Part shown: piece by piece, positions 11,048 through 20,934 of the stretch
Position numbering within the stretch: the stretch's first letter is position 1
Layout: every line of letters begins with the position of its first letter
Origin: Spirochaetota bacterium
Lineage (GTDB): Bacteria; Spirochaetota; UBA4802; UBA5550
Assembly: GCA_963663865.1 (NCBI GenBank)
Contig: OY760686.1
Coordinates: 1,120,001 to 1,184,000, forward strand
Direction: 5' to 3'
Length of the DNA stretch: 64,000 nt
Program-made: the position numbers and the translations under genes
Notes under the pieces: model-generated
Told to the model about the DNA's origin: nothing
Databases searched by the model: none
What the model saw: the letters and a program-made list of their open reading frames with translations, nothing else

Positions 11048-11356
11048 ATGGATAGACCAGAACATCATATTTTTGTGTGCGGCAGTTTTAGAACAACCGG
11101 TACACCTCAGGGGGTATGCCAAAAAAAGGGTTCTCTGTCTCTTATTCAGTATCTCGAAAATGAAATAATTGACCGAAGTATGCAGGGAGTATCAGTATCA
11201 AGTACCGGCTGTCTGAAAGCATGCGACAGAGGGCCTGTGATGGTTATTTACCCGCAGAACACCTGGTATGGGAAGGTTGAATCTGAAAGTGTGATTGATG
11301 AAATACTTGATGCTCTTGAAGAAGGCAAAGAGGCAGATAACTATATTCTGAAATAG
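11048..11356 (+). CDS. Thioredoxin-fold [2Fe-2S] ferredoxin
   Basis: HIFVC...GVC...TGCLKACDRGP...YPQNTWY pattern; a common nif-associated gene. Confidence 0.9.
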   Translation: MDRPEHHIFVCGSFRTTGTPQGVCQKKGSLSLIQYLENEIIDRSMQGVSVSSTGCLKACDRGPVMVIYPQNTWYGKVESESVIDEILDALEEGKEADNYILK

Positions 11357-11358
11357 GC

Positions 11359-12273
11359 ATGAACGGAAAAAAAAGATTAATTGTATATGATACCACCCTT
11401 AGGGATGGTGAACAGGCTCCAGGGTTTTCCATGTTCCCTACAGAAAAGCTTGCGTTGTTTCGCAGGCTTTTCGCATCAGGGGTTGACGTGGTTGAGGCAG
11501 GGTTTCCCGCCGCCTCCCCTGATGAAGTAGAATCTGTTTCCCGGATTTGCAGTGAGAGCGGTAACGTTGTTGTTTCAGTGCTTGCCAGATCTGTAGAGTC
11601 TGATATACGCACAGCCTGGAATTCAGTGTGCGGCGCTAACAGGCCAAGGCTCCATGTTATTATTCCGTCTTCCGATATACAGATAGAGCACCAGTTAGGG
11701 AAGACAAGGTCTGATGTAATGAAATCGGCTAAAAAGTCTATGGAGCTTGCCATAAAGCTCTGTGATGATGTACAGTTTTCGGCTATGGATGCGACAAGGG
11801 CTGACAGGATATTTCTTAAGAAACTGTTGGATATGGCGGTTGAAGAAGGAGCAAAAACAATTAATATTTCCGACACGACCGGATATGCTCTTCCAGCTGA
11901 GATAAGCTGTATTATTGAATACTTGAAAAACGAAATGAAAAATGCTGACAGAGTATGTTTTTCAATACACTGTCATAATGATCTGGGGCTGGCGACAGCC
12001 AACACACTCGCAGCTGTTGAAGCTGGAGCCGATCAGGTAGAATGCACACTCGCGGGTATCGGTGAAAGAGCTGGAAACGCCGCGGTTGAGGAATTAATGA
12101 ATATTATTATAAAACACAATGGAAGGTTTAACGTAGAAACTAAAGTTGATTATAACGCCTTAATTGAGGCGTGTAGATATATGTACAAAATGCTGGGGAT
12201 GGAGCTTCCCGCGAATAAGCCTGCCATAGGGAAGTATGTTAATGTAAAGCAAGAGCCATATCGGATGCCCTGA
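11359..12273 (+). CDS. nifV: Homocitrate synthase / isopropylmalate synthase-like DRE-TIM protein (short)
   Basis: DTTLRDGEQAPG, EAGFP, HCHNDLG and GIGERAGNA. Last gene of the nif operon; lacks the usual C-terminal part. Confidence 0.7.
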   Translation: MNGKKRLIVYDTTLRDGEQAPGFSMFPTEKLALFRRLFASGVDVVEAGFPAASPDEVESVSRICSESGNVVVSVLARSVESDIRTAWNSVCGANRPRLHVIIPSSDIQIEHQLGKTRSDVMKSAKKSMELAIKLCDDVQFSAMDATRADRIFLKKLLDMAVEEGAKTINISDTTGYALPAEISCIIEYLKNEMKNADRVCFSIHCHNDLGLATANTLAAVEAGADQVECTLAGIGERAGNAAVEELMNIIIKHNGRFNVETKVDYNALIEACRYMYKMLGMELPANKPAIGKYVNVKQEPYRMP

Positions 12274-12634
12274 TTATCATTGAGATGTTCTGGCCTTCTT
12301 CAAAATTTAGGGTGTCAACAATATCAGTTAGTGTCATGGATTCAATTATTCCTATGGGACTGTTAGCTGATAACGATGACAGGAACCTCCCTCTTGTTAC
12401 AAGGGAGATTATTCCTGGAATGTGGTTTGCGGCTGAGGTTGAGGAACCGGCTATTCTTGTCAGCAGCACGTCTGTTTCCTTGAAAAGCACATAAACCTTT
12501 GTTCCGATCTGGTAATAGTCATCAAGTTCCAGCGTGAGAGTTTTCAGTATTACTTCCCTGCCGCAGCTGACTGACACCAGGCGATGAACTCCATATCGGC
12601 CAATGTTCTTAATATGACCTTCAATTCTATTCAT
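12239..12634 (-). CDS. TOBE-domain molybdate-binding protein
   Basis: MNRIEGHI...FKETDV and ANHIPG...IRASDM, two TOBE-like halves; follows modC. Confidence 0.75.
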   Translation of the reverse strand: MNRIEGHIKNIGRYGVHRLVSVSCGREVILKTLTLELDDYYQIGTKVYVLFKETDVLLTRIAGSSTSAANHIPGIISLVTRGRFLSSLSANSPIGIIESMTLTDIVDTLNFEEGQNISMIIRASDMALALH

Positions 12635-13505
12635 TTCTATCCTCCAGCTTCATTATGCCGAGATGAAAGGCTTTGGCTGTTATATGAACTTTTTCACCCT
12701 TTTTGAATTCTGATGCGTCTGAACGAGTTGTTACAAGTTTTAGCGGTTGATTTGAACAGCTGGCTGTAATGGTTGATGAAACATCGTCGTGATTTATGCC
12801 GAGAATAACTCCCGGAAGATAGAGCTTATGACTTGATTCAGGATTTGCGGCAAACTTGGAAGGCTCAGAATCGGAGATAATTCGGCCGCTGTCGATTGTG
12901 ATAACTCTGTCGGCCATTCTGTAAATTTCTTCCAGGTCATGCGAGACCATAATTGTGGTCGTACGGTTTTTTCTGCAAAGCGTTTTTATAGCTTCCTGAA
13001 GCCTGGATCTGTTCGTATGATCGGTTGCGGAAAGGGGTTCGTCCAGCAGTAGAATTCGTGGCCTGGTTGATAGCGACCTGATTAATGCGAGACGTTGTTT
13101 CTGCCCCCCCGACAGTATTGATGGATAACAGTGTGATAGAGAATCCAAACCGGAAAGGCGGAGTAGGTCTTTAATAAAGGAGTCATCTCTACAAGCGTAT
13201 CTCATGTTGCTCAATACAGTCTTTTTTCTGAAAAGAGCATAGTCCTGAAAGACGAAGCCGGTTTTTCGTTTATAGGGAGGGATATTTATCTTTACGGAGG
13301 AGTCGAACCAAATTTCATCGGAACATACAATGCTTCCGGAATCAGGCGTGGCAAGACCGGCAATGCATCTCATAAACGATGTTTTTCCGCTTCCCGAAGG
13401 TCCGGTTAGAACATTAAAGCTGTTTTCTTCAAGATCCAAACAAATGTCAAGATCTCCTGTTCTGTCGGCAAAATTCAGTTTTTTTGTAACGCGGACTTTA
13501 AGCAT
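12627..13505 (-). CDS. modC: Molybdate ABC transporter ATP-binding protein
   Basis: GPSGSGKT, VFQDYALF, LSGGQKQR and LLLDEP. Confidence 0.92.
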   Translation of the reverse strand: MLKVRVTKKLNFADRTGDLDICLDLEENSFNVLTGPSGSGKTSFMRCIAGLATPDSGSIVCSDEIWFDSSVKINIPPYKRKTGFVFQDYALFRKKTVLSNMRYACRDDSFIKDLLRLSGLDSLSHCYPSILSGGQKQRLALIRSLSTRPRILLLDEPLSATDHTNRSRLQEAIKTLCRKNRTTTIMVSHDLEEIYRMADRVITIDSGRIISDSEPSKFAANPESSHKLYLPGVILGINHDDVSSTITASCSNQPLKLVTTRSDASEFKKGEKVHITAKAFHLGIMKLEDRNE

Positions 13506-14175
13506 GACTGTTGCCTTTGTTCCTGTTCATAATGTTGATGAGGAAAAGAAAAATAATACTCAGTGTTACAAGAGTTAAAGAATAGATATTTGCTGTGTAA
13601 AAGTCAGCCTGTTCTACGCTTTCGTAGATTGCTATTGAAGCAACTCTGGTAACTCCAGGGATGGCTCCGCCGACCATAAGTATAACGCCAAATTCTCCGA
13701 GAGTGTGCATGAATGTCATCACTACGCCTGTTAAAAGAAATGGCTTAAGCTCCGGAAGTACTATACTCCAAAAGGTTATCATCCTCCCCCTGCCCAGAGT
13801 GTAGGATGCTTCAATGCTGCTGCGGTTGATTGACTGGAAGCCGTTTTTAAGCGGCTGAACCATAAATGGCAAAGAGTGAATGCAGGAGGCGAGAACTATT
13901 CCCTTAAAAGAAAAGACAAATGATATATCAAGATGATCCTGTAAAAATTGACCAAGAGAAAAGCGCGGAGAAAAAAGCATCAGAAAGTAAAATCCGAGGA
14001 CTGTTGGAGGAAGAACCATTGGTAGAGTGATTAGAGCTTCGATAATATTTCCGAAAATTCCTTTACTGTTTGAAAGCAGGTAGCCTAAGGGGAAGGCAAC
14101 AATCAGAAGAAGCAAGGTTACTGAGAGGCCCATGAGACCAGAGATAATGAAGGGGGAAGCGTCAAAGCTAATCAT
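13498..14175 (-). CDS. modB: Molybdate ABC transporter permease
   Basis: TLPMVLPPTVLGFY, SLPFMVQP, EASYTLG and TLGEFG. Confidence 0.95.
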   Translation of the reverse strand: MISFDASPFIISGLMGLSVTLLLLIVAFPLGYLLSNSKGIFGNIIEALITLPMVLPPTVLGFYFLMLFSPRFSLGQFLQDHLDISFVFSFKGIVLASCIHSLPFMVQPLKNGFQSINRSSIEASYTLGRGRMITFWSIVLPELKPFLLTGVVMTFMHTLGEFGVILMVGGAIPGVTRVASIAIYESVEQADFYTANIYSLTLVTLSIIFLFLINIMNRNKGNSHA

Positions 14176-14923
14176 AACCGTATTCCTTCAGAATATATCT
14201 CGCTTCAGCTGAAAGCATGTATTTATAAAAAGAGGATGCCTGCTCCGGGAACCGGCTTCTTTTTAGTAATACCATAGACTGTTTAAGAGGGATGTGTTGA
14301 GATTTTGGAACCTCAATCCAATATTTGCCTTTAACATCGTATTTTCTAATATCCTTATTGTAGAGAGATGACATGGCGATAAAAGCGGCATCGGCCGCGC
14401 TGATGCCCATCTGCAGTGAACCTGATACTGTTTCAGAAAAAACAAGTCTGCCCCTGAGTTTATGATAAAGATTATTATGCTTCAAAACCTCAACGGAGGC
14501 TTTACCGTATGGAGCCACTTCGGGATTAGCGATTGCGACCTTCCTGAAGGATTGATTTAGAAGGCAGTCGATTTTACTGTGCGGCTTAAATGACCTGACA
14601 CAAAAAAGTACGAGACGGCCTTCGGCGTAGACTGCTGGTTCTGACAATGTCATACCGGCTTTTTCTAATTGTTCCGGGAAGTTGGTATCAGCTGACATGA
14701 ACAGGTCGAAGGGGGCCCCGTTCATAATCTGAGAGAAAAGCTTTCTGCTGGATCCGCTTATGAAGGATACTGTTATATCGGGATGCTTAGCTTCAAAGCT
14801 TTTTTTTATACTGACCGAAGGATTGGACATGTTAGACGCCATCGCGACTCTTATCTCCGCCGGCCGGGCAGCAGTGGGTATCAGAAAAAGTATTATACCT
14901 GCGGTTATTATTAATGATCTCAT
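14168..14923 (-). CDS. modA: Molybdate ABC transporter substrate-binding protein
   Basis: Signal peptide; GSSRKLFSQIMNGAPFDLFMSAD and IANPEVAPYG. Confidence 0.95.
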   Translation of the reverse strand: MRSLIITAGIILFLIPTAARPAEIRVAMASNMSNPSVSIKKSFEAKHPDITVSFISGSSRKLFSQIMNGAPFDLFMSADTNFPEQLEKAGMTLSEPAVYAEGRLVLFCVRSFKPHSKIDCLLNQSFRKVAIANPEVAPYGKASVEVLKHNNLYHKLRGRLVFSETVSGSLQMGISAADAAFIAMSSLYNKDIRKYDVKGKYWIEVPKSQHIPLKQSMVLLKRSRFPEQASSFYKYMLSAEARYILKEYGYD

Positions 14924-15046
14924 AATTATTCAACCTCACCAGCATAATGTCAAATAATTGTATTCATCTGTCAAAGCGATAATTCTGAATTTACTCTAAT
15001 TTAACAGGCATGTAACAGTAGATTGATAAGAGACTGTGGAGGGTGC

Positions 15047-15108
15047 AATAAAAAAGGCCGAACCCTGAGGTTTCTTAAAACAGACTTGCCTCAGTGGAAC
15101 GACCTCTC
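15047..15108 (-). terminator. Probable terminator downstream of flgE
   Basis: Minus strand has an imperfect stem (GAGGTCG...CTGAGG / CCTCAG...CGGCCTT) followed by a T run. Confidence 0.5.
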
Positions 15109-15146
15109 ATTAAAACAGGCGTTATTAAGTTGATAAGAACTAATAT

Positions 15147-16520
15147 CTATCGTTTCAGATTTATCAGCTCCTGAAGCATCTGGTCAGACGTAGTTATTGT
15201 CCTGGAGTTTGCCTGAAAGCCTCTCTGTGTTACGATCATGTCGGTGAACTGGTCTGAGAGGTCAACGTTGGACATCTCAAGAGCGCCCGCGATGATTTTT
15301 CCCCGGCCGGCCTGGCCCGCAGATCCAATGTTTTCCATACCGGAGTTGTTTGAGACCTCAAAGAGGTTCTCGCCGCTCGCGGTAAGCCCCTGCGGGTTGG
15401 TGAATACGGCTGTGGCAACCTGGCCGACAATCTGCTTTGTGCCGTTGGAATATACACCTGTTATCATACCCGAGTTGTCAATGTTGAATGATTCCATATA
15501 TCCCATACTGAATCCGTCCTGTTCGACCGCTTTGGTAGTCGATTGGGATGAGAACTGGGTTATGCCTTCAACAAGCCCTGCGTTGCCGAGGTTCAGCGAT
15601 ATCGTTCGTACATTGGGATCCCCTTCGAGTCTGAAGCTCGCGTTTGCGAGAAGGCGTCCCTGGTTGATCTCATCCGGAGTTCCCGCGTCGCCAGCAGAAA
15701 TCAGCCTTCCGTCAGGGCTGAACCTGAGGTTTATGCGGTTAGATGGGTTGGAGTTATTATCCTGGCCGCCGGTTGAAGGAACATCGAGTGTCATGGCTCC
15801 CTGCGCTCCTGAAACGGCAGCAGAGGCTGTCCACTGATTAGCGTCCGTTTTCCAGAATGTCATTGTAAGACGGCGGTGCTCGCCCTGATTGTCGTAAACA
15901 TCTATGTTGGTTGTGACACCGGCAGATGCTCTCATTCTGTCGGTAGCGTTAGGCGGAACTATCGGGCTTCTTGAGTCAAGGTTGCACTGATACCGCACGT
16001 TTGAGGTCTCTCGTGCCTCGGTTTTCTTGTATACCGGAATGACCAGGTCTTCGACAGTGCCGCTCGGGTTGACTGACATCATTCCTGATTCATCACGTGT
16101 GGCCATCCAGCCCTGTACCTTCAGTCCGTTGCCCGGATTTACGAGAGTACCGTCCTTATCGAGTCCGAAAGCTCCTGCCCTCGAATAGTACTGTTTCTCT
16201 CCGTCAGCCACAACAAAGAAGCCGTCGCCTGATATGGCAAGGTCTGTCTGGTTGCCTGTGGTCTGAAGGCTTCCCTGCGTGAATATTCGGTCTATAGAAG
16301 CTATTGTCATGCCGAGTCCAACCTGTTTCGGGTTAACTCCTCCGCGGTTCTCTTCGGGCTTGGCAGCGCCGGAAATGGTTTGAGAAAGCATGTCCTGAAA
16401 AGAGACCCTGCTTGCTTTGAAACCTGTGGTGTTGACGTTGGATATATTGTTACCTACAACGTCCATTCTTGTCTGATGATTTTTCAGGCCTGAAACACCC
16501 GAGAACAGTGAACGCATCAT
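15147..16520 (-). CDS. flgE: Flagellar hook protein
   Basis: MMRSLFSGVSGLKNHQTRMDVVGNNISNVNTTGFK; C-terminal LEMSNVDL...QRGFQAN. Confidence 0.98.
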   Translation of the reverse strand: MMRSLFSGVSGLKNHQTRMDVVGNNISNVNTTGFKASRVSFQDMLSQTISGAAKPEENRGGVNPKQVGLGMTIASIDRIFTQGSLQTTGNQTDLAISGDGFFVVADGEKQYYSRAGAFGLDKDGTLVNPGNGLKVQGWMATRDESGMMSVNPSGTVEDLVIPVYKKTEARETSNVRYQCNLDSRSPIVPPNATDRMRASAGVTTNIDVYDNQGEHRRLTMTFWKTDANQWTASAAVSGAQGAMTLDVPSTGGQDNNSNPSNRINLRFSPDGRLISAGDAGTPDEINQGRLLANASFRLEGDPNVRTISLNLGNAGLVEGITQFSSQSTTKAVEQDGFSMGYMESFNIDNSGMITGVYSNGTKQIVGQVATAVFTNPQGLTASGENLFEVSNNSGMENIGSAGQAGRGKIIAGALEMSNVDLSDQFTDMIVTQRGFQANSRTITTSDQMLQELINLKR

Positions 16521-16587
16521 AATGGCAAATCCCCTTGAATAAAATCTGTAGTATTAGTATCGTTTGAAAAGCTATTTATCATTATCA

Positions 16588-17085
16588 TTAATTGCCGTTC
16601 AGACCCGAAGCTGCGGCACCGGATATGAATTTTTTCTCCTCCGGCTGATGAATGGCCTTGACGCTGTTAAGGTCAATTTCATGTCCATTTACATTCAGCC
16701 TTACCTCATTCTCGGCGAAAAATACGGACTGGACTCTGCCTTTTACGACTTCACCGTTGAGAGGGTTGACCGCCTCAATATCTTTGCCCAACAGAGCGGA
16801 TGCCTTCATTGATTCGGAGCTGGTATAGAGTGACTTAACCTCTTTGTTGAGATTGCTCATCTGTTCAAGCGACGAGAATTGGGCCATCTGTGCGATGAAC
16901 TGCTGGTCTTCCATCGGCTTGGTGGGGTCCTGGTGTTTCAACTGGGTTACAAGGAGTTTAAGAAAGGAATCCTTACCCAGATTGGTTTTTTCGCCCTCAA
17001 AGTTAACGCCGATTTTTTTATTAGCGGAGCTTACCTGAAGCTTTGCCCTGTTGACTTCTGCCGCTGACATTGTAAGATTTTCCAT
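16588..17085 (-). CDS. flgD: Flagellar hook capping protein
   Basis: LGKDSFLKLLVTQLKHQDPTKPM...FIAQMAQFSSLEQM. Confidence 0.97.
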   Translation of the reverse strand: MENLTMSAAEVNRAKLQVSSANKKIGVNFEGEKTNLGKDSFLKLLVTQLKHQDPTKPMEDQQFIAQMAQFSSLEQMSNLNKEVKSLYTSSESMKASALLGKDIEAVNPLNGEVVKGRVQSVFFAENEVRLNVNGHEIDLNSVKAIHQPEEKKFISGAAASGLNGN

Positions 17086-17093
17086 ATTATCTC

Positions 17094-18467
17094 CTATATG
17101 ACCATGTTGATTGAGCCGTTGTGAACAGCTGCTGAATTTATTTCGTAAACACCTGCAGCTTCAATTTCCATTGACCTGCCTTTCATGTGTTGATAATTAA
17201 CATGTTCCTGTTCAGACTTTTTGTTCTCGCCTCTCACATTGACCTGAAAAGCGCCCACTGAAAGACCGGAGCTTTCAAGCTGGGCTTTTATATGAGCGAG
17301 GTTTTCCATGAGAAGCGTTCTGGCTTCCTGTGTCTCGACGAGGAAGCGCCCGTTTACGACACCCTGGTCCAGGGCGAGGTTCATGCTCACACTGCCCAGT
17401 TCCTTAGGGTTCAGCCTTATCTGAAAATTGGCATTTTTCCCGTCCCTGACCTGGACTTTCCCTTTTTCAACAAGCTCGTTGATCTGCTCCCTGAACGGGC
17501 TGCTCTGTCTGAAACTGCTGCTCCGGGCATCCTGTCCGCTCTGTGCTTCCTTCACGCTTTCGCTGATCGAATGGCTGCGGGTTTCCAGATTGAAGCTTTC
17601 CTGTCTTCTCTGCTCGCCGTTCTCAGGCTTGAAAAACTCCTGTGCCGTTACCCTGTTCTCCTTCACTGCTTCAGCGGGCTTTTCCGGCTCAGCGGAAGAA
17701 AGTTTGCCTTTTTCAACAGCGCCGGATTTCTTTTTCCCGTCCTCTTTCCTGTCCAGCTCGCGGACTTTCTTTTCGAGGTCCTTTATCATTCCCGAAAAGG
17801 CAGGGTCGGCTGGTGAAAAGCTTGTGTCCTTTTTTTGCTTTGTGTCTCCGGCAGCAGCGATAAGATCAACGTCTTTTGATGGGCGGCCGTTGCGGGCAGC
17901 TGGTTTTGACTCGTTATCCGGGTCAATATCCCCCTCAATAACTTTGGTTGCTGTGACCGTGAGCGCTGCGGCATTTTCGGTATCTATTTTTTGGGGGTGG
18001 ATATCGGCCTTTTGATTTGTGCCGTTTTTATCTGTTTCTGCTGCGGCTTTCTTGACCGTCTCAGCCTTTTTTTTACCGTCAGCGCGGAGGGGGGGGGCAG
18101 CTGTGGTCTGCTCTTTGCAGGCCTTGTCGGGACTTTCAGCAACTTTCTCCTTTTCCTGCTTTGAATCAGGCGTTTCGTCCTTTTTTTTCGCGGACTTTTC
18201 TGTCCGGGACTGGTTTTCTTCGCAGCTTTTTGCGCTGGCCGATTCGGGCTTCCTGTCGGTGCTTTCCGTGTCGCGGCGGGCTTCGCCGGGCTTATCCGAG
18301 TGGTTGAGAGAGGCTTTGTCGTCGCGCTGTTCAGACGGGCGCTCATCGTTTATGCGTCTGGTAAGCATATCCTCAAAAGAGGGGGCGTTTCCGGGCGTTT
18401 TAACAGGAGACTGGGGGAGCATATTTTCATTTACGCTCTGTAGTCTCATTGCAGAGATATCAATCAT
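17094..18467 (-). CDS. fliK: Flagellar hook-length control protein
   Basis: Low-complexity charged N-terminus; C-terminal IRLNPKELGSV domain; upstream of flgD. Start chosen at MIDISAM. Confidence 0.88.
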   Translation of the reverse strand: MIDISAMRLQSVNENMLPQSPVKTPGNAPSFEDMLTRRINDERPSEQRDDKASLNHSDKPGEARRDTESTDRKPESASAKSCEENQSRTEKSAKKKDETPDSKQEKEKVAESPDKACKEQTTAAPPLRADGKKKAETVKKAAAETDKNGTNQKADIHPQKIDTENAAALTVTATKVIEGDIDPDNESKPAARNGRPSKDVDLIAAAGDTKQKKDTSFSPADPAFSGMIKDLEKKVRELDRKEDGKKKSGAVEKGKLSSAEPEKPAEAVKENRVTAQEFFKPENGEQRRQESFNLETRSHSISESVKEAQSGQDARSSSFRQSSPFREQINELVEKGKVQVRDGKNANFQIRLNPKELGSVSMNLALDQGVVNGRFLVETQEARTLLMENLAHIKAQLESSGLSVGAFQVNVRGENKKSEQEHVNYQHMKGRSMEIEAAGVYEINSAAVHNGSINMVI

Positions 18468-18496
18468 AACCTTACCTTGGTGGTGATATACAGCTA

Positions 18497-18523
18497 ATAT
18501 CGAATGGAAACTGATTTTCCTGA
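18497..18523 (-). promoter_or_regulatory. Putative sigma28 (FliA) promoter of fliK-flgD-flgE
   Basis: Minus strand reads TCAGG-N14-TTCGATAT, about 30 nt upstream of the fliK start; partial match to the FliA consensus. Confidence 0.4.
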
Positions 18524-18760
18524 ATTGATATTTTTTTCTTGCGCGGGTGGACACGCTGATTATATATGACTAAATTGATAGAGATTCTTGAGAATGACTT
18601 GTCAGGTAATACTTTATTGCCGGACGAGGGATTTTCAGGTGTTCGCTATTGAAATATTGCGGCGATTGTAAAATAGTGGAAGTCAGGCTGAAGCTGTTTT
18701 ATAATACATTGACAAATATATGCGTTTGAAAAAGCCTGAAAAAACAGGCTGGAGGTTTCT

Positions 18761-19609
18761 ATGTGGGATTATACTGGAAAGGTTAAAGAATATTACACGA
18801 ATCCGAAGAATGTCGGGAAAATTGAAGACGCTACGGCAGTTGCCGAAGTAGGAAGCATAGTATGCGGCGACGCGCTTAAGCTTTATCTGAAGATAGATGA
18901 AAATGAGGTTATCACCGATGCAAAGTTTGAGACATTCGGCTGCGGCAGCGCTATAGCTTCATCCTCCGCACTGACAGAGATGGTTAAGGGCAAGACTGTG
19001 TCCGAGGCCGAAAAGATAACGAACAGGGACATCGCGGAGTTTCTGGGAGGCCTCCCTGAAGAGAAAATGCACTGCTCAGTTATGGGAAACGAGGCCCTTG
19101 AAAAGGCCATAAAGATTTATCGCGGACAGGAGATTGTGGAAGAGGAGGACACCGAGGGTGAGATTGTCTGTCACTGTTTCGGTGTAACTGACAAACTTAT
19201 AAGAAAAGTAGTGAATGAAAACAACCTGAAAACTGTTGAAGAGGTGACGCACTATACCAAAGCCGGAGGCGCGTGTGGTTCCTGTATCCATAAAATCGAA
19301 GATATCATAGACGAAGAACTCAAGTCGCCAGGGGCTGCGGGAAATCAGGCTAAACGCGGGAATAAACCTCTCTCAAACATCAGAAGGATGCAGCTTGTCG
19401 AGGAAACTATAGCAACCGTCATTCGCCCGGAGCTTCAGAAGGACGGAGGCGACATCGAGCTTGTCGATATTGAGGGCAAAAAGGTATTTGTCGCTCTGAG
19501 GGGCGCGTGTTCAACGTGTATGGTGTCTCAGGTCACGCTGAAAAACCTCGTTGAAGCGAGGCTTCGGGAGTTTGTTGAGGCGGATATTGAAGTGCTGCAG
19601 GCAGGCTGA
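18761..19609 (+). CDS. nifU: Fe-S scaffold NifU (three-domain)
   Basis: MWDY, CGDAL, FGCGSA, KMHCS; central CHCFGV...GGACGSC; C-terminal DGGDIE...GACSTC. Confidence 0.97.
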   Translation: MWDYTGKVKEYYTNPKNVGKIEDATAVAEVGSIVCGDALKLYLKIDENEVITDAKFETFGCGSAIASSSALTEMVKGKTVSEAEKITNRDIAEFLGGLPEEKMHCSVMGNEALEKAIKIYRGQEIVEEEDTEGEIVCHCFGVTDKLIRKVVNENNLKTVEEVTHYTKAGGACGSCIHKIEDIIDEELKSPGAAGNQAKRGNKPLSNIRRMQLVEETIATVIRPELQKDGGDIELVDIEGKKVFVALRGACSTCMVSQVTLKNLVEARLREFVEADIEVLQAG

Positions 19610-19633
19610 GCTGATTCAGAAGAGGAGAAGAGA

Positions 19634-20824
19634 ATGTCAGAAACCGTTTACCTTGATAATAACGCAACAACCATGGTCGACCCCGAGGTGCTTGACGCCA
19701 TGCTTCCTTTTCTGAAAGGAAGTTACGGCAATCCGTCAAGTATACACAGTTTCGGCGGCAACCTTGCCAAGTATGTGGATGATGCCAGACAGAAGCTGGC
19801 TGCCTTTATAGGGGCAGACAACGACTACGAGATTGTCTACACGGCAACAGGCACAGAGAGCGACAACATGGCAATCATGGGTGTCCTGTCTTACTATAAG
19901 GAAAAGAGGCATATAATCACAACAAGGGTGGAGCATCCCGCTATATTGTCTCTTTGCAAGAAGCTTGAAAAAGACGGCTATCGCGTTACCTATGTGCCTG
20001 TTGACAGCAGGGGCAACCTTGATCTGCAGATGCTCAAGGACTCGGTTGACGATGACACAGCAATAGTATCAGTCATGTACGCCAATAACGAGACAGGCGT
20101 TCTTTTCCCTGTTAAGGAAATAGGGGCCTTCTGCCGTGAAAGGGGAGTCTCGTTTCACGTGGATGCCGTACAGGCAGCCGGAAAGGTGAAGATAGATGTA
20201 AACGATATTAACTGCGACCTGCTTACTCTGTCAGGGCACAAGCTTCACGCCCCCAAGGGAATAGGCGCTCTCTACATAAGGCGGGGGACAAGGACGCGCC
20301 CTCTTCTTTACGGGGGACACCAGGAGCGCGGAAGGCGCCCCGGTACAGAGAATGTGCCGGCAATTGTCGGTCTTGGAAAGGCAGCGGAGTTAGCGCAAAA
20401 TCATCTTGCTGATACGGGCGAAATGAAGAGGCTTCGTGATAAGCTTGAGCAGGGGCTCCTCAGCGCTTTTCCAAATGCCTCCCTTAACGGAGACAGAGAG
20501 AGACGCGTTCCAAACACGACTAATATAGGGTTTGAGTTTATTGAGGGCGAGGCGATACTGCTTTACCTTGATGAAAAGGGAATAGCGGCGTCTTCGGGCT
20601 CGGCGTGTTCGTCAGGCTCGCTTGAACCGTCGCATGTACTCAGGGCAATGGGAGTGCCGTTTACGTCGGCTCACGGCTCCATCAGGTTCAGCCTCAGCAG
20701 GTTTACTACGGAGAAGGAGATTGATTACACCCTTGAGGTCATGCCGCAGGTTGTCAACAGGCTGCTTGAAATATCCCCCTACTGGGACAATGAGAAGAAG
20801 CAGGGGATACCGATTAATCTGTGA
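19634..20824 (+). CDS. nifS: Cysteine desulfurase NifS
   Basis: YLDNNATT, HVDAVQ, SGHKLH and SSGSACSSG. Confidence 0.97.
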   Translation: MSETVYLDNNATTMVDPEVLDAMLPFLKGSYGNPSSIHSFGGNLAKYVDDARQKLAAFIGADNDYEIVYTATGTESDNMAIMGVLSYYKEKRHIITTRVEHPAILSLCKKLEKDGYRVTYVPVDSRGNLDLQMLKDSVDDDTAIVSVMYANNETGVLFPVKEIGAFCRERGVSFHVDAVQAAGKVKIDVNDINCDLLTLSGHKLHAPKGIGALYIRRGTRTRPLLYGGHQERGRRPGTENVPAIVGLGKAAELAQNHLADTGEMKRLRDKLEQGLLSAFPNASLNGDRERRVPNTTNIGFEFIEGEAILLYLDEKGIAASSGSACSSGSLEPSHVLRAMGVPFTSAHGSIRFSLSRFTTEKEIDYTLEVMPQVVNRLLEISPYWDNEKKQGIPINL

Positions 20825-20934
20825 CGGTATTCTCCCCTTTATATGAAGATGTTGTGTTTTGTTAAGGCGCGAAAAGCGTAATTTTAAATTGTCCCGGGGC
20901 AGCCCTGAGGCCGCCTGGACTTTCAGTGAAAGGA

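Noticed and set aside
14924-15146. Moco riboswitch or ModE box upstream of modA
   Set aside because: I could not match either consensus. I saw only a flgE terminator-like stem and two TTGACA hexamers.
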